From the NCBI GenBank assembly GCA_029953675.1, contig JAMWBK010000012.1, positions 186,001-250,000 of the forward strand: 64,000 bases of DNA, in the 5' to 3' direction. The position numbers and the translations under genes are program-made. The DNA is from Rhodosorus marinus CCMP1338. Its lineage: Eukaryota; Plantae; Rhodophyta. Numbering within the stretch: the stretch's first letter is position 1; each line of letters starts with the position of its first letter. Of the stretch, positions 1 to 11,367 are shown piece by piece. Under the pieces are notes generated by a model that had not been told where the DNA came from, searched no databases, and was given only the letters and a program-made list of their open reading frames with translations.

Positions 1-268
1 CAAGAGCGCCAAATATTCAGTAGGATGCTCAGCAAAACATTTCCGCAACCACTCTAAACCCGACTTATCGACGTGACCAAAGCTTTCCACAATGAATGGC
101 TGGAACCGGTGAGAGCGACCCTCAGCGCAAGGCAGACTGGCCATGCTCTCAGCATACCGTCGTTCCTTAACTCTTCGAAGGGCTGAAGCCGCGGCCCCCC
201 GGCGGCGGGCGGCTGCGGTGAGGTGGGCGCTGGCCACGGGGCAGGGACTTTACTAGCATAGCCTGACG
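1..268 (-). mobile_element. Family A1 3' fragment (RLE region), preceded on its own strand by an ultra-short A1 3' tip (TCAGGCTATGCTAGTAAAGTC)
   Basis: 1-245 matches A1 copies such as 17570-17820; 246-268 is the reverse complement of the stem-loop arm plus tail. Confidence 0.9.
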
Positions 269-1890
269 AGGTGAAAGAACTCACTATGTCTCCTGTCTGG
301 GGGTCTGCAAATGCATAGATGCCGTCATCATGGCAAAGCACTGTGCAACAGGGGTTTCGGGTCAAGACATTCCCAATGAATAGTGTAGACTATCAGCTTC
401 CCGCTGAGGGCAGAGAAAACTTGTAGAGGTACCCCTACCAACTCCATCGTCACCGGATGAACTCCGTCCGTATCAGGTTCTCTCGAACTCTCTGTCGAAA
501 TGTCCACCGGGAAGAGCTGGATCGGCGGCGGATCACCCGTTTTGTCTGGCAAACCCATGAGACCACTGACTTATTCTTTCCTTCACCAATGTAGCACAAA
601 ATACAACCGTCGTTTCACTCAACTAGAAGAATTCCAGACTCGGAACCAGGATCCAACTGGCAAGCTCTAGTGACGAACTTTGATGGCGAATTCTAATGGC
701 GAAATCTAGTGGCGTCCTCTAGTTTGTTTCTCGTTCCGAGGGCGGAAATCTTTTCGTCGGAGTGGAACGACGGCTTTATATTGTGATATGTTAGTAATAC
801 ATTGTGATACAGTGGTGAAGGAAAGACTAGTTCAGTAGTGCCTCCCACTGTGGAAGAACTGTATACGCACGCGACAACGAAGGAAAAACTCCGTGAAGTT
901 GCTGTCAACACACCGAGGGCATTGTGGTTAACACGACGGAGTCACGCGAGATGCAACAATGTCTAAAAGACCGAAACATTTGATGATCAGCGGTGCAAAC
1001 CGATGAGACAGTGTGCCAAGTCCCGAAAAGTTGGATGAGTCAGCGCGTCAGTGTACTGAGACTCGTTGAGTCGGCGCATTGAACCAGCGGCCGCACCAAG
1101 ATATTGTGCAAGCGCTGGAAAATTTGGGCAGCCTGAGGACAAGGAATAGAAAAATCAAGATATTCACTACTGCGAGATGCCAGGTCAGTGGCTACCAAAT
1201 CTGCCATAGGCTGGGTAACAGGTGTTTCATCATCGTCATCAAGCGCCCGAGCAACAGGCAAAGGAACCTCTTAGTCCACCTCGCATTCCGTACCAAACGC
1301 ATGTAACCGTAGATATTGAAATAAAAGCTGGTCGCATGCATAGGCGACGGGTACACGGCCGCCTTGCCCAGCGCACAGGACGCCAACAGGCGGGCACCAA
1401 AATCTCCGGATGCCACTATGCCACTGAAAACAAGATAAGGTGCATCCCGCTCGGCAGGTAAGGCGGGGGGAGACCCAGATATGGACGTATTCCCATTCGT
1501 AGCTCGAAGTCCGCTGGTCGAGGGTAGGCCGAAATCACGGGGAAGCACTTGGAGCTCAGATTACCGCTCAAGCTCCGGAAAAGGGCCAAGGTACAGGGCA
1601 AAGGCGAGCATCGACCCCGGAGGGTGGCATGTGAATTCCGATTTTTTCCCATACACAGCATTTTTTTGTATTAGATCAGCACCCGTGAAGATAAGGAGTT
1701 TCATTTCACGATAGTCCATTGGGTGGTCATATTCCAGCTAGCAGAAAGATCGCTTTACTAGCCACCATTAATCCACAAGCGTGCATCATCCAGAAAGTCG
1801 GTGGCATCTCAACGAAGCATTGCGTTATCCCCAGTACTGCCATTAAGCATGGCATCACGAGTATTGGCATAAATGTCATCACATAGCATA

Positions 1891-3264
1891 TTAGAATGAA
1901 ATAATGTCATCACCTTCGCCGCCAAGAATATAGTCCACCCCATCACCGCCCGTAATTGTGTCATCCCCAGCGCCGCCAAAAATTTCGTCATCCCCGTCGC
2001 CGCCAAAAATCGTGTCATTATCAGCTTCGCCGTAGATCGAGTCAAACCCATCTTCGCCTTCGATAAAGTCGTTGCCTTGGCCCCCAAAAATTCTGTCATC
2101 ACCTTCACCACCGAAGATCTCGTCATCTCCACCCAAACCATAAATAGTGTCGTTGCCCTCGTACGCATAGATTAGGTCAGGCCCGTCCGAACCAAATAGG
2201 ATGTCGTCTCCAGGACTTCCAGTGATAATGCATGCGCACGAGCCACTGCGCAGCACACCCTGGCGCAGTTCGAGCGAGGTAAGGGAGAATTCACCAGAGG
2301 TCAGTCACGGTTTACCCACTCCCAGTCCCAGTAATCAATACAGGCAACTACTCACCGCCGGACAGTCGTAGTTTCCGAAATCTGCAAGCTTAATGCATTC
2401 CCCGTTGAGGAGACAGTTTCCCTCGCCAGCCGCGCAACCACAGGTGCAAAATTGTGTATCTGGGTCCGCGATCTGTGAGGTAAAATCGTTAAGGCAGCAA
2501 TCGCTTTCAGAACGCGGTTCGAAGGAGTAGTGTAGCCGAATAAAGGCTACGGGTTAGGCAAGCGTCCTCACCACGACATCGCCGAGACAATTTCCCAATG
2601 GCAAATATTCTTCCTTGGAGATGCAAATCGGCCCGCTTGCAGTGTCTAGCAAGCAAAATCCGATAGGACCGCAGCCGCACATAACCGGAAGCTCACATAC
2701 CGGAACGTCGGGTCCATCGGCGACTCTGAGCTCACATGTATCGTCTGGAGCGATCTCTGCCCTGAACTCCTCACCATCTGCTCCCTTGAGAATGGCGTGG
2801 CCGACCATTAAAAGAGAAGAATTTTCGCAACATCCCATCTCATCCGCCACCATCTCGTCTTGACATATGACCAAGCTCAACCTGTTCAATAAAGTGCCCT
2901 CCGGCTCGCCCCTCTTGACCACGACCTTGGCAGTATTCCTCCGGTTGCGGTATTCCACTGGTTCCGGGATGAGCTCCTTCTTCGTGAAGATCCCCCCCCT
3001 AATGCTCACCAAGGAGAAAGAGTCAGCCGCATCGAATTCCATCCGCACGCATAGTGGTTCCTGCTTGGGTTGGACCAGAACCGTGAGAGTGCCGACCTTT
3101 TCTCCGTTGAAAACGAGGTCTTTAGCAAACCCCTCCACACTCTCAAGAAGCAAACCGTTGGTCACGGTGACATCCGCGCATGTCGCGGCGCCCTTGATAT
3201 CCGCAGAAACCGCGCAGATAAACAGTACCCCACAATACCAAACCACCGCCTTCATATCTTCCAC
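1891..3264 (-). CDS. Secreted protein: signal peptide, unnamed Cys-rich domain, Cys-rich linker, then 12 RTX-type Ca-binding nonapeptides. Exons 3264-2572, 2472-2356, 2259-1891
   Basis: Hydrophobic N-terminus [18 protein letters not shown]. Two phase-0 GT-AG introns (2571-2473 GTGAGG..CACAG; 2355-2260 GTGAGT..CTGAC..CCAG) join the ORFs in frame. GGxGxDx(I/L)xG repeats follow. Confidence 0.8.
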
Positions 3265-3916
3265 GAGCCGGGAAAGAAATACTTCCTACAGACGGATACA
3301 ACACTGATGATACCAAGCAAGAACAGAGAACAAACCCAAACCCCTCGCTCCCTGCTCGACAGATGGCCTCTCCACCTCTCCAACATACTCCCCACCACCA
3401 CCGACAGCGCCAACTCCAGGGTAATAGGCTTTCTACATCATCACTACAAAACTCCCTCGCTTGGATGTTTTGAGCAGAACGAGGCTCCGCAAGTACATTC
3501 TGAAGGAGCGGCAGCAGGTCCAAACGGTTTTTTCACAATATGTTTACCTTCCCTTTTTGCTCGAAAAACGTCAAAAAGCAATCTCCACTCTCACAACTTT
3601 CAATCTACACAGTGCTCCAACTCGTACATTCACCCCCTTTTGCCATTCTCTTTCATCCTCTAAACAAATTCATTCTCTAAACAAGTTCATTCTTTCTTTC
3701 ATCTTCATTTGGGAAAAAAATCTATTTGTAACCCTCACCACTACACACAGTAGAGTACGATCATCAATCTAAATTAAACAAATTCACTCATTTACTCAAC
3801 AGGGTCCTGACTAGAGTATTGTTATCTCAAGGATTGTTACCCACCCCCCTGCTGTTGAAGTTTTTGAAGGGTGGTGATGAGACTGAGCTAGTGCTTGATG
3901 AGGGGTGTAGTGATGA

Positions 3917-4046
3917 CACTAGGGTTGTGCCCAGAGGGTCAGGTTTTTCGCTGTTTACCCCTCTAAACCCGCCCTGTTTTCGCGGGTTTAACCACTTCTG
4001 GGTCGTAAACAGCGAAAAACCCGACCCACTTGGCACAACCCTAGTG
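3917..4046. mobile_element. 130-bp MITE-like foldback with 42-bp terminal inverted repeats
   Basis: 3917-3958 is the reverse complement of 4005-4046 with 3 mismatches; TA or CTAG at both ends is a possible TSD. Confidence 0.65.
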
Positions 4047-4457
4047 AAGAAAACTAAACAACAACCGCCTCTGACCTCTACACCCCCTTTTTTACTGAAT
4101 GAAGTTTTTTTGGGCTAGTCCGTCTGATAGATTTTCAAGAACAGAGGTCCGTTCCCGTTCCGATAAAGGTCTCCGATAAATCGTTCCATAATCAATCAAC
4201 ATTATTCCGATAATCAATCATCTCTGGACAAGCCATTGAATCATGATTACTTCTTGGCGTAAGCAGCTCCTCTCGTCCTGTGTCTTGCATTCACGATCAC
4301 CCCTGATATCACATGCGGGCGCACCCCAATCCATCCCATAGGATTGGGCAGATGTGGAATTGGCATGCTTCTACGTAAAGTAGAGCGAACCTCCATGGAG
4401 CTCGAGACAACCAGTCCGGGGTAACGACCAAATTTTTTGCTTGTTGAGAAGATACTA

Positions 4458-4515
4458 ATTCGATATTTGCTTTGTCAAAATAATATTCGATATTTGCTTT
4501 GTCAAAATAATATTC
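4458..4515. repeat. 27-bp tandem duplication ATTCGATATTTGCTTTGTCAAAATAAT x2
   Basis: Two exact adjacent copies. Confidence 0.9.
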
Positions 4516-5719
4516 TATTATTATTTTTCCATGAAGTGCTCCTACTAAGAATACAACTAGGATCAAGGGGTCGGTAATACCACGAAAAAAAATACGAACG
4601 CAAAAAAGTGCCAAAAAATGTAAAAACTTTGTAAAAACTTTGTAAAAAATATAGAACATTGTCAAAGTGTAAAACACTATGAACTGAGCAAAATACTTTA
4701 GGAAAGCTCAGAAACCACTGTCTATAGCGGGTTGAGATTTGGAGTCTGAGGACAATGATGACCTACACACCCCCACAAGCTAAAATATGTGAAGTTCCCG
4801 TGCTTTTGAGAACCTCTGTATGTCTTTTCTTTTTTTTTATTGTGACCAGGCTATTGGAGTGCTTTTGGGTGCCGTCTATACGTAAATGGATGATTCTAGA
4901 GTCAGTCTGTCAGTGATAAAAATGGTCAAAAGTGTAAAAAAATGCAAAAACTTGATAGAAATAAAAAACTGTAAAATTCTCAGGCGAGTACAACACGAAA
5001 TTGTCGTCCCCTCCCCACCCCCTCCCCCTCCCGATTTGGATATCGGATAGGGAGGGGTGGACGGGCTGGCTTAGTGGCTGCTTGCTCATGGATTCCGAAA
5101 GAACAGTAAAGCGACTTCTGTAGTAAAATCTTGAGCGATAATGTTTGTCCCAGCTCTTTTCCGAGTCCTTCGACAAGCTGATCTGGTTTCTCCCCCCTCC
5201 AAAAAACCATATCTCCGCGGAGACGTCGCTGGCTACCCCTTTTAGAGCGAGGAACTTTTCCTTCACGAATGAATTAATGTATTACCACTTATTGCGACTG
5301 CGAACCGTCTGAAAGTAATATTTGGACGATATATTTTATTAATTCGAAAATCAATATATCTATCCATGAATTCATATATTTTATAACTGACACGTGGGTT
5401 TCTCAGTTGGTTGAATTAATTTCTCTCAAGTTTTCCATGTATATTATACAATCTTGAGCCTTGGATCCATTCGTTCGTTTCGGATCTTATGCTTTTCGGA
5501 AGCGCGAACTCAGACCCTCCTCGCACCTACACGTTCTCTTTCTTTTGGAACGGCCTTTTTGCCCAACGGGTTTTTTTGGGGTTGAGCGGCCACCTTTTTC
5601 CCCAACGGCTTTTTTTTTTTTTGGAGAACGTTGTGTACGGACAACGGAACAACGGCGGATGGCAATCGCTTTTTATTGAAATGCGCATGACGATGGAATC
5701 ACCGGTATAAAGTTTGAAG

Positions 5720-6110
5720 GACTTCGTTTAATCGGAGACTGAAGAAAAGACCCCGAGGGAAAAAAAAAAAAAAAAGACTAAGCGCGTCGAAGATTCGCGC
5801 CCCTGCAACATCAAACAGCGTGTTCATACGCCACAGCAAGAAACCTAAACGGGTAAACAACGAGGACATACGGTCGGGGCGTCCGCGGAACACCTCCCGA
5901 AGCCAACGAGAACCAACGAAACCCAGAAACCCAAAACACTCAATGACCAGAGGTGCCAGGCAATGAGCTAGAGCCGAAACACGAATGCCTGGGGAAGACA
6001 AAGCCCCCGCATATTGTAAAGTTTGAGGCAGACTACTACGGAAGCGTCCCACCCGCTGCCTAGGTCTGCATACTTTTTGTACCTAGTAGGCTGCTGATTC
6101 GCAATCATCC
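5720..6110 (-). mobile_element. Diverged family B 3' remnant
   Basis: Translates to YAGALSSPGIRVSALAHCLAPLVIECFGF; has the B-type U-tract/CCCTCGGGG 3' UTR. Confidence 0.85.
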
Positions 6111-6149
6111 TGCGTAGCGCTTAAGTCTACGTTAGTGAATAATTTTGTT

Positions 6150-6940
6150 GCGCCACACTCGTCTCAAGTACATGTCTCAAGTACATCGTAAGCGAATGTT
6201 TAACTCGGGTAGGGCATACGGTTGCGGTGGAATCGGAACTACCCAGATCGGTCTCGGATACGGCGCCGCCCCGCTGTATCGCAGATCTTCTTGTCTCAGA
6301 CCCTGCCGCCCGACGCTCAGCATATGTTGACCTCGCGATTATATGCCCTGTGGCGAGCACCCACCTGACGACTGCCGTCCGCCGCCGAGGGGCAGCCGCT
6401 TCGGCTCTCCGACGAGTGAAGGAACGACGGTATGCTGAGAGCATGGTCAGTCTGCCCTACGCCGAGGGTCGCTCCCACCGGTTCCAGCTTTTCATTGTGG
6501 AAAGCTTTGGTCATATGGATAAGTCGGGTTTAGGGTGGTTGCGGAAATGTTTCGCTGAGCATCCTACTGAGTACTTGGCGCTTTTACGGCGTTTGAGTGC
6601 CGCCCTGTGGCGATATTCTAGCAGCATGCTTGCCGAGGTGCGCCATCGGCGCCTGGGTTTGCACGCTTCCCTCCCTAGTTCTTAGTTACTCTTCACGCCT
6701 TGCGTCCCGCTTCAGGCTATGCTAGTCAAGTTGCGGAAATGTTTGACTGAGCATCCTGTTGGATACTTGGAACTTTTGCAACGCTTAAGTGTCTCTCTGT
6801 GGCGATATTCGAGCAGCATGCTTGCCGAGGCGCGCCATCGGCGCCTGGGTTTGCACGTTTCCCTACCTAGTTCTTAGTTCCTTTTCACGGTTTGCGTAGC
6901 GCTGTAGGCTATGCTAATAAAGCCAGTCTAGTAAAGTCCA
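6150..6940 (+). mobile_element. Two head-to-tail family A2 3' fragments
   Basis: RLE motifs ADLL/YVDL/KERRY; stem-loop plus tail at about 6705-6728 and 6893-6940. Confidence 0.9.
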
Positions 6941-6945
6941 GCGTA

Positions 6946-7407
6946 GTTGTTGTCGAGGATTGGGGTTTTGTTTCTTTTTCGGTCGCGAGCGTGTTCGTTT
7001 ACGGGAAGCGCTTCCTCTGGTACGCCTTCCCCTCGATTTTCCGCGGGGCGTCGTTTGCATTTGCAACTTAAGGAACGACGGTATGCTGAGAGCATGGCCA
7101 GTCTGCCTTGCGCTGAGGGTCGCTCTCACCGGTTCCAGCCATTCATTGTGGAAAGCTTTGGTCACGTGGATAAGTCGGGTTTAGAGTGGTTGCGGAAATG
7201 TTTTGCTGAACATCCTACTGAATATTTGGCGCTCTTGAGGCGTTTAAGTGTCTCCCTTTGGCGATATTCCAGCGACATGCTTTCCGAGGCGCGCCATCGG
7301 CGCCTGGGGTTGCATGCTTTTCTCCCTAGTTATTAGTTCATCTTCACGCCTTGCGTAGCGCTTCAGGCTATGCTAGTAAAGTCCAGTAAAGTCCAATAAA
7401 GCCAGTC
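6946..7407 (+). mobile_element. Internally deleted A1 mini-element (5' end of about 122 nt fused to 3' end of about 340 nt)
   Basis: 6946-7068 matches the 5' end of the 49677 copy; 7069-7407 matches the A1 3' end with tail. Confidence 0.85.
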
Positions 7408-7670
7408 AAGTCGGGTTTAGAGTGGTTGCGGAAATATTTCGCTGAACATCCTACTGAGTACTTGGCGCTTTTACGGCGTTTGAGTGCCGCCTTCTAGCGA
7501 TATTCTGGGCTTTACTAGCATAGCCTGAAACGCTACGCAAACCGTGAAATATTCGAGCAGCATGCTTGCCGAGGCGCGTCATCGGCGCCTGGGTTTGCAC
7601 GCTTCACTACCTAGTTCTTAGTTCCTTTTTACACCTTGCGTAGCGCTTCAGGCTATGCTAGTAGCCCTTT
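7408..7670 (+). mobile_element. Short family A 3' fragments including a small inverted 3' tip (7508-7545)
   Basis: Identity to A 3' ends; GGCTTTACTAGCATAGCC inverted. Confidence 0.8.
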
Positions 7671-7794
7671 CTTTGCGCACGGGCAATGTCTCTCAAATGA
7701 GATTCTACCGATGAGCGACTATTGCTGGTTGAAAACTATTCCAACCGCGCCCGTTCACTACATGTGACCGTGGCAATTTTTGGCTACAACTCTC

Positions 7795-9030
7795 CCCACC
7801 TCTCGCACTTGTGGTTAACCACTCTACCGTCGTCATTGAGTCATCGTCTCGATGCTTTCCAGTTCCGTTCTGCCGCACGGATCTATCTCGGTTTGCCACA
7901 GGCTCCGTGGCACTCTAATCGGCCGTCTTTCTGTCAGGGATGTGAGAGTCGGATTGACGCTTGTGGCTACCACTTCCTGGGTTCCTGCGGACTGTTGAGA
8001 GGTCTTCGTACGAGGCGTCACACTCGCCTCAAGTACATCCTCAGCGAATTTTTGACTCGGATAGGGCATACGGTTGAGGTTGAGTCGGAACTGCCCAGAT
8101 CAATCTCGGACTCTGCACCGCCCCGTTGTATAGCCGATCTCCTCGTCTCCGACGCTGCTGCCAGACGCTCAACATATGTGGACCTTGCGATTACCTGCCC
8201 CGTGGCCAGCGCCCACCTCACCGCAGCCGCCCGCCGCCGGGGGGCCGCGGCTTCAGCCCTTCGAAGAGTTAAGGAACGACGGTATGCTGAGAGCATGGCC
8301 AGTCTGCCTTGCGCTGAGGGTCGCTCTCACCGGTTCCAGCCATTCATTGTGGAAAGCTTTGGTCACGTGGATAAGTCGGGTTTAGAGTGGTTGCGGAAAT
8401 GTTTTGCTGAACATCCTACTGAATATTTGGCGCTCTTGAGGCGTTTAAGTATCTCCCTTTGGCGATATTCCAGGGACATGCTTTCCGAGGCGCGCCATCG
8501 GCGCCTGGGGTTGCATGCTTTTCTCCCTAGTTATTAGTTCATCTTCACGCCTTGCGTAGCGCTTCAGGCTATGCTAGTAAAGTCCCTGCCTTGCGCTGAG
8601 GGTCGCTCTCACCGGTTCCAGCCATTCATTGTGGAAAGCTTTGGCCACGTCGATAAGTCGGGTTTAGAGTGGTTGCGGAAATGTTTTGCTGAGCATCCTA
8701 CTGAATATTTGGCGCTCTTGAGGCGTTTAAGTGTCTCCCTTTGGCGATATTCCAGCGACATGCTTTCCGAGGCGCGCCATCGGCGCCTGGGGTTGCATGC
8801 TTCCCTCCCTAGTTATTAGGTCATCTTCACGCCTTGCGTAGCGCTTCAGGCTATGCTAGCAAAGTCCAATAAAGCCAGTAAAGTCCAGTGTCTCTCTGTG
8901 GCGATATTCGACCAGCATGCTTGCCTTGGCGCGCCATCGGCGCCTGGGTTTGCACGCTTCCCTACCTAGTTCTTAGTTCCTTTTCACGGTTTACGTGGCG
9001 CTGTAGGCTATGCTAATAAAGCCAGTAAAG
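7795..9030 (+). mobile_element. Head-to-tail string A1 (7795-8585), A1 (8586-8888), A2 (8889-9030)
   Basis: CCHC finger and RLE ORF 7722-8537; each tail runs directly into the next truncated 5' end. Confidence 0.92.
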
Positions 9031-9162
9031 CCATCATCCACAGACGGGGAAGGAGGTTGGCAAATTGCTCTTAGAATCAAGGTCGACTGTTTTATTTCCG
9101 ATGGAATCAGCTACAGGACATGATACATTTTGCCCCAGGGGGAGGCGGATTCAAGGCTATGC

Positions 9163-11223
9163 CTAGCAAGCAACGGGAACCTCGCAAGAATTGGGGATTT
9201 TACAGGTTTTTTCGACGTTGCAAGTCTTAGGTACGTTGCAGGAGTTAGGAACGCTGCAAGTTCTGGGGACATCGCAGGTCTTGGCTCTCTTACAATCTCT
9301 GAAGAGGCTAATGACGCAGCCGATGATGGTCTCAACTCCGCATATGGATGCGCTTGTAATCGTGTCAAAACCACATTGAGCTCCGCTGGTGACGACTTCC
9401 GTACCACATTGTGCTGCGCTCGTCACAAATTCAGTTCCGCATTTAGCAGCAGATGTGACCAATTCAAACCCACATTCGAGGCCGTCAGTTACGATCTCTG
9501 TTCCGCACTGCAACGCATCCTCAACAATCTCTGTTCCACAAAGAACCACACCCGAGGTAACCCACGACTGGAGCTCCGAGGATAGTTTACCAAATACTGT
9601 TTCCAAAAAGGCAGCAGTGCTCTGTACAGTCTTGTTGCTGAATGCGATGGCACTCCCCGCTCCATCGACCAAGGAAGCTGCTACCACCTCACCCGCTGAC
9701 TCGAAGAAGTCGGACGTCTCCCGCATAATCCAAGTTGCTCTCCCTGCAATGATCTCCACTGCTGCCGAGAGGAAAGTTATGACAGATCCCGCATGGACCT
9801 TGCAGCTGAACTTGTCCCGGCTATAGTCGTAGACACACTCAATCTTCAAGTTTACGGCGGACGTCAGCGCAGCTGCAAACATGATCTGCACCTCCTCAGT
9901 GCTCAGCGCCAGGCCGAACTCGAGCGCGTCGGTGTCTAACTCATCGATATTATCAAGCAGCTCTGTTACCTCACCGTCAAGGTTTAGACCAGGAACAATG
10001 CTCATGAAGGAGAGCGGGGCCTCTAAAGCATCGAGGATGGCCGGCCCAAGTTCTTTGATGACCTGGAGTGCCGGATTACTCGCGTTTGCACCCAGATAGA
10101 ATCCTGGTAGCATCCGTGTCCCCAATGCGGTAGTCTGCTCAAAGCTCGTCGCAAACGCCGAGAACTCGCTCAGTTCTTGTGTAGGAATGTCAGGAAGCAC
10201 GTTCTTGGTGATCTGCTCTAGCTCCATCGCATACTCGATTTGTCCACGCATGAAAACCGAGAGGTTGAGGCCTTTGGCGCTGTTGAGGATATCCTGTCCA
10301 ATGTCGTCATTTCCAGGTTGGAAAACAGCGATTCTGTTGGTGAACGACTGTTCGGAGCCCTCTGCAGATACAACTCTTTCTAGGAGACCGCCGATTGAGA
10401 TGATCTCAGGAAGTCTGAAGATATCACGAGAAATCGCCATCTCAAGTCGATCATGATATATGCCCTTGAGGGCCAACGTCTCAACTCCGTTCCTTCCAGT
10501 GTAAACCTCTCTATCAGCAGTAAAGGCGTTGCTCAATGAGACTCCCGCCGACACGCTATCCAAAAAGGCCTGTGCGCCTACCGCAAGTACGCCACTCACA
10601 CCACCAGTAGCTGCTAGAGCAGCTTTGCTCCCCAACAGACATGAAATCAAGTTATTGTTGAGTGCAATCGAGACGCTGGGTAGGTCGTTGCAATCCAAGC
10701 TAAAAGCGAAGCACATCGACATCCTTTCTGTCTCGGGTAGATTGGGGCAGATAGAAGAGATCGCGGGTAGGTTGAACGCCACCATCGTCCAGTTCTCCTC
10801 TTCCCCAAGTGGGAGCACATCGCAGCCGCTGTCAACAAGATGCACCTCATCTGAAATCTCGCTTCCGTCAAAATCTCCGAGGCACAGGGGACTTCCCAAG
10901 AGGTCTTCCGATATGCCAGCACTGGTGTTCGCCGCATCAATCAAGTTGTTAACAGCTTCCTTCATCACAGCCTCCACCAGATCATCAACTACCTGAGTCC
11001 CGGTATTAAATTCGATCCTGTTCACAGTTTCGACCAGCTTGTTCTGAAGCTCATCCAACGTGGTACACCCTAGAGTTGTCCTCACACTGGCCGGAAAAAT
11101 TCCTTGTAGTGGGCAAGTCTGTCTCTCAGCAAATTTCAACGTTGGGTCTAGGACAGGTATGCCTGAGCACATCCCCATGAGTCCCAACATCCATACCGCC
11201 ACAAGTGCTCCTCGCCACATCAT
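9163..11223 (-). CDS. Intronless predicted secreted/surface protein of about 686 aa with C-terminal 11-aa CGTE(I/F/V)VT repeats and 6-aa (K/N)(T/S)CxVP repeats
   Basis: Long open frame; first ATG at 11223 with hydrophobic signal-like N-terminus; periodic Cys repeats. Confidence 0.8.
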   Translation of the reverse strand: MMWRGALVAVWMLGLMGMCSGIPVLDPTLKFAERQTCPLQGIFPASVRTTLGCTTLDELQNKLVETVNRIEFNTGTQVVDDLVEAVMKEAVNNLIDAANTSAGISEDLLGSPLCLGDFDGSEISDEVHLVDSGCDVLPLGEEENWTMVAFNLPAISSICPNLPETERMSMCFAFSLDCNDLPSVSIALNNNLISCLLGSKAALAATGGVSGVLAVGAQAFLDSVSAGVSLSNAFTADREVYTGRNGVETLALKGIYHDRLEMAISRDIFRLPEIISIGGLLERVVSAEGSEQSFTNRIAVFQPGNDDIGQDILNSAKGLNLSVFMRGQIEYAMELEQITKNVLPDIPTQELSEFSAFATSFEQTTALGTRMLPGFYLGANASNPALQVIKELGPAILDALEAPLSFMSIVPGLNLDGEVTELLDNIDELDTDALEFGLALSTEEVQIMFAAALTSAVNLKIECVYDYSRDKFSCKVHAGSVITFLSAAVEIIAGRATWIMRETSDFFESAGEVVAASLVDGAGSAIAFSNKTVQSTAAFLETVFGKLSSELQSWVTSGVVLCGTEIVEDALQCGTEIVTDGLECGFELVTSAAKCGTEFVTSAAQCGTEVVTSGAQCGFDTITSASICGVETIIGCVISLFRDCKRAKTCDVPRTCSVPNSCNVPKTCNVEKTCKIPNSCEVPVAC

Positions 11224-11367
11224 TGTCTTCCTCAAACTCAAAACCCCTCAAAAAGCAGATCCGTCACAACGTGTTTAAGAACTCGATCTCAGACTCCTTA
11301 CTCTTTCTCACTCTGTTTATAATAACCTACGAACAAACTACCACATCAGTTCAGCTCTAGTTTGGCC

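Noticed and set aside
328-1714. Host gene in the short ORFs at the window start
   Set aside because: No recognisable motif and no convincing splice model; the same holds for 27000-29300 and 31116-31822, which may be degraded genes.
1891-2256. Bacterial RTX toxin / type I secretion locus or contamination
   Set aside because: No transporter genes; the repeats are joined by GT-AG introns to a signal-peptide exon in eukaryotic context.
4309-5266. Phe/Tyr-rich ORFs as membrane proteins
   Set aside because: They arise from low-complexity A/T tracts and a 27-bp duplication; the same applies to 62750-63040.
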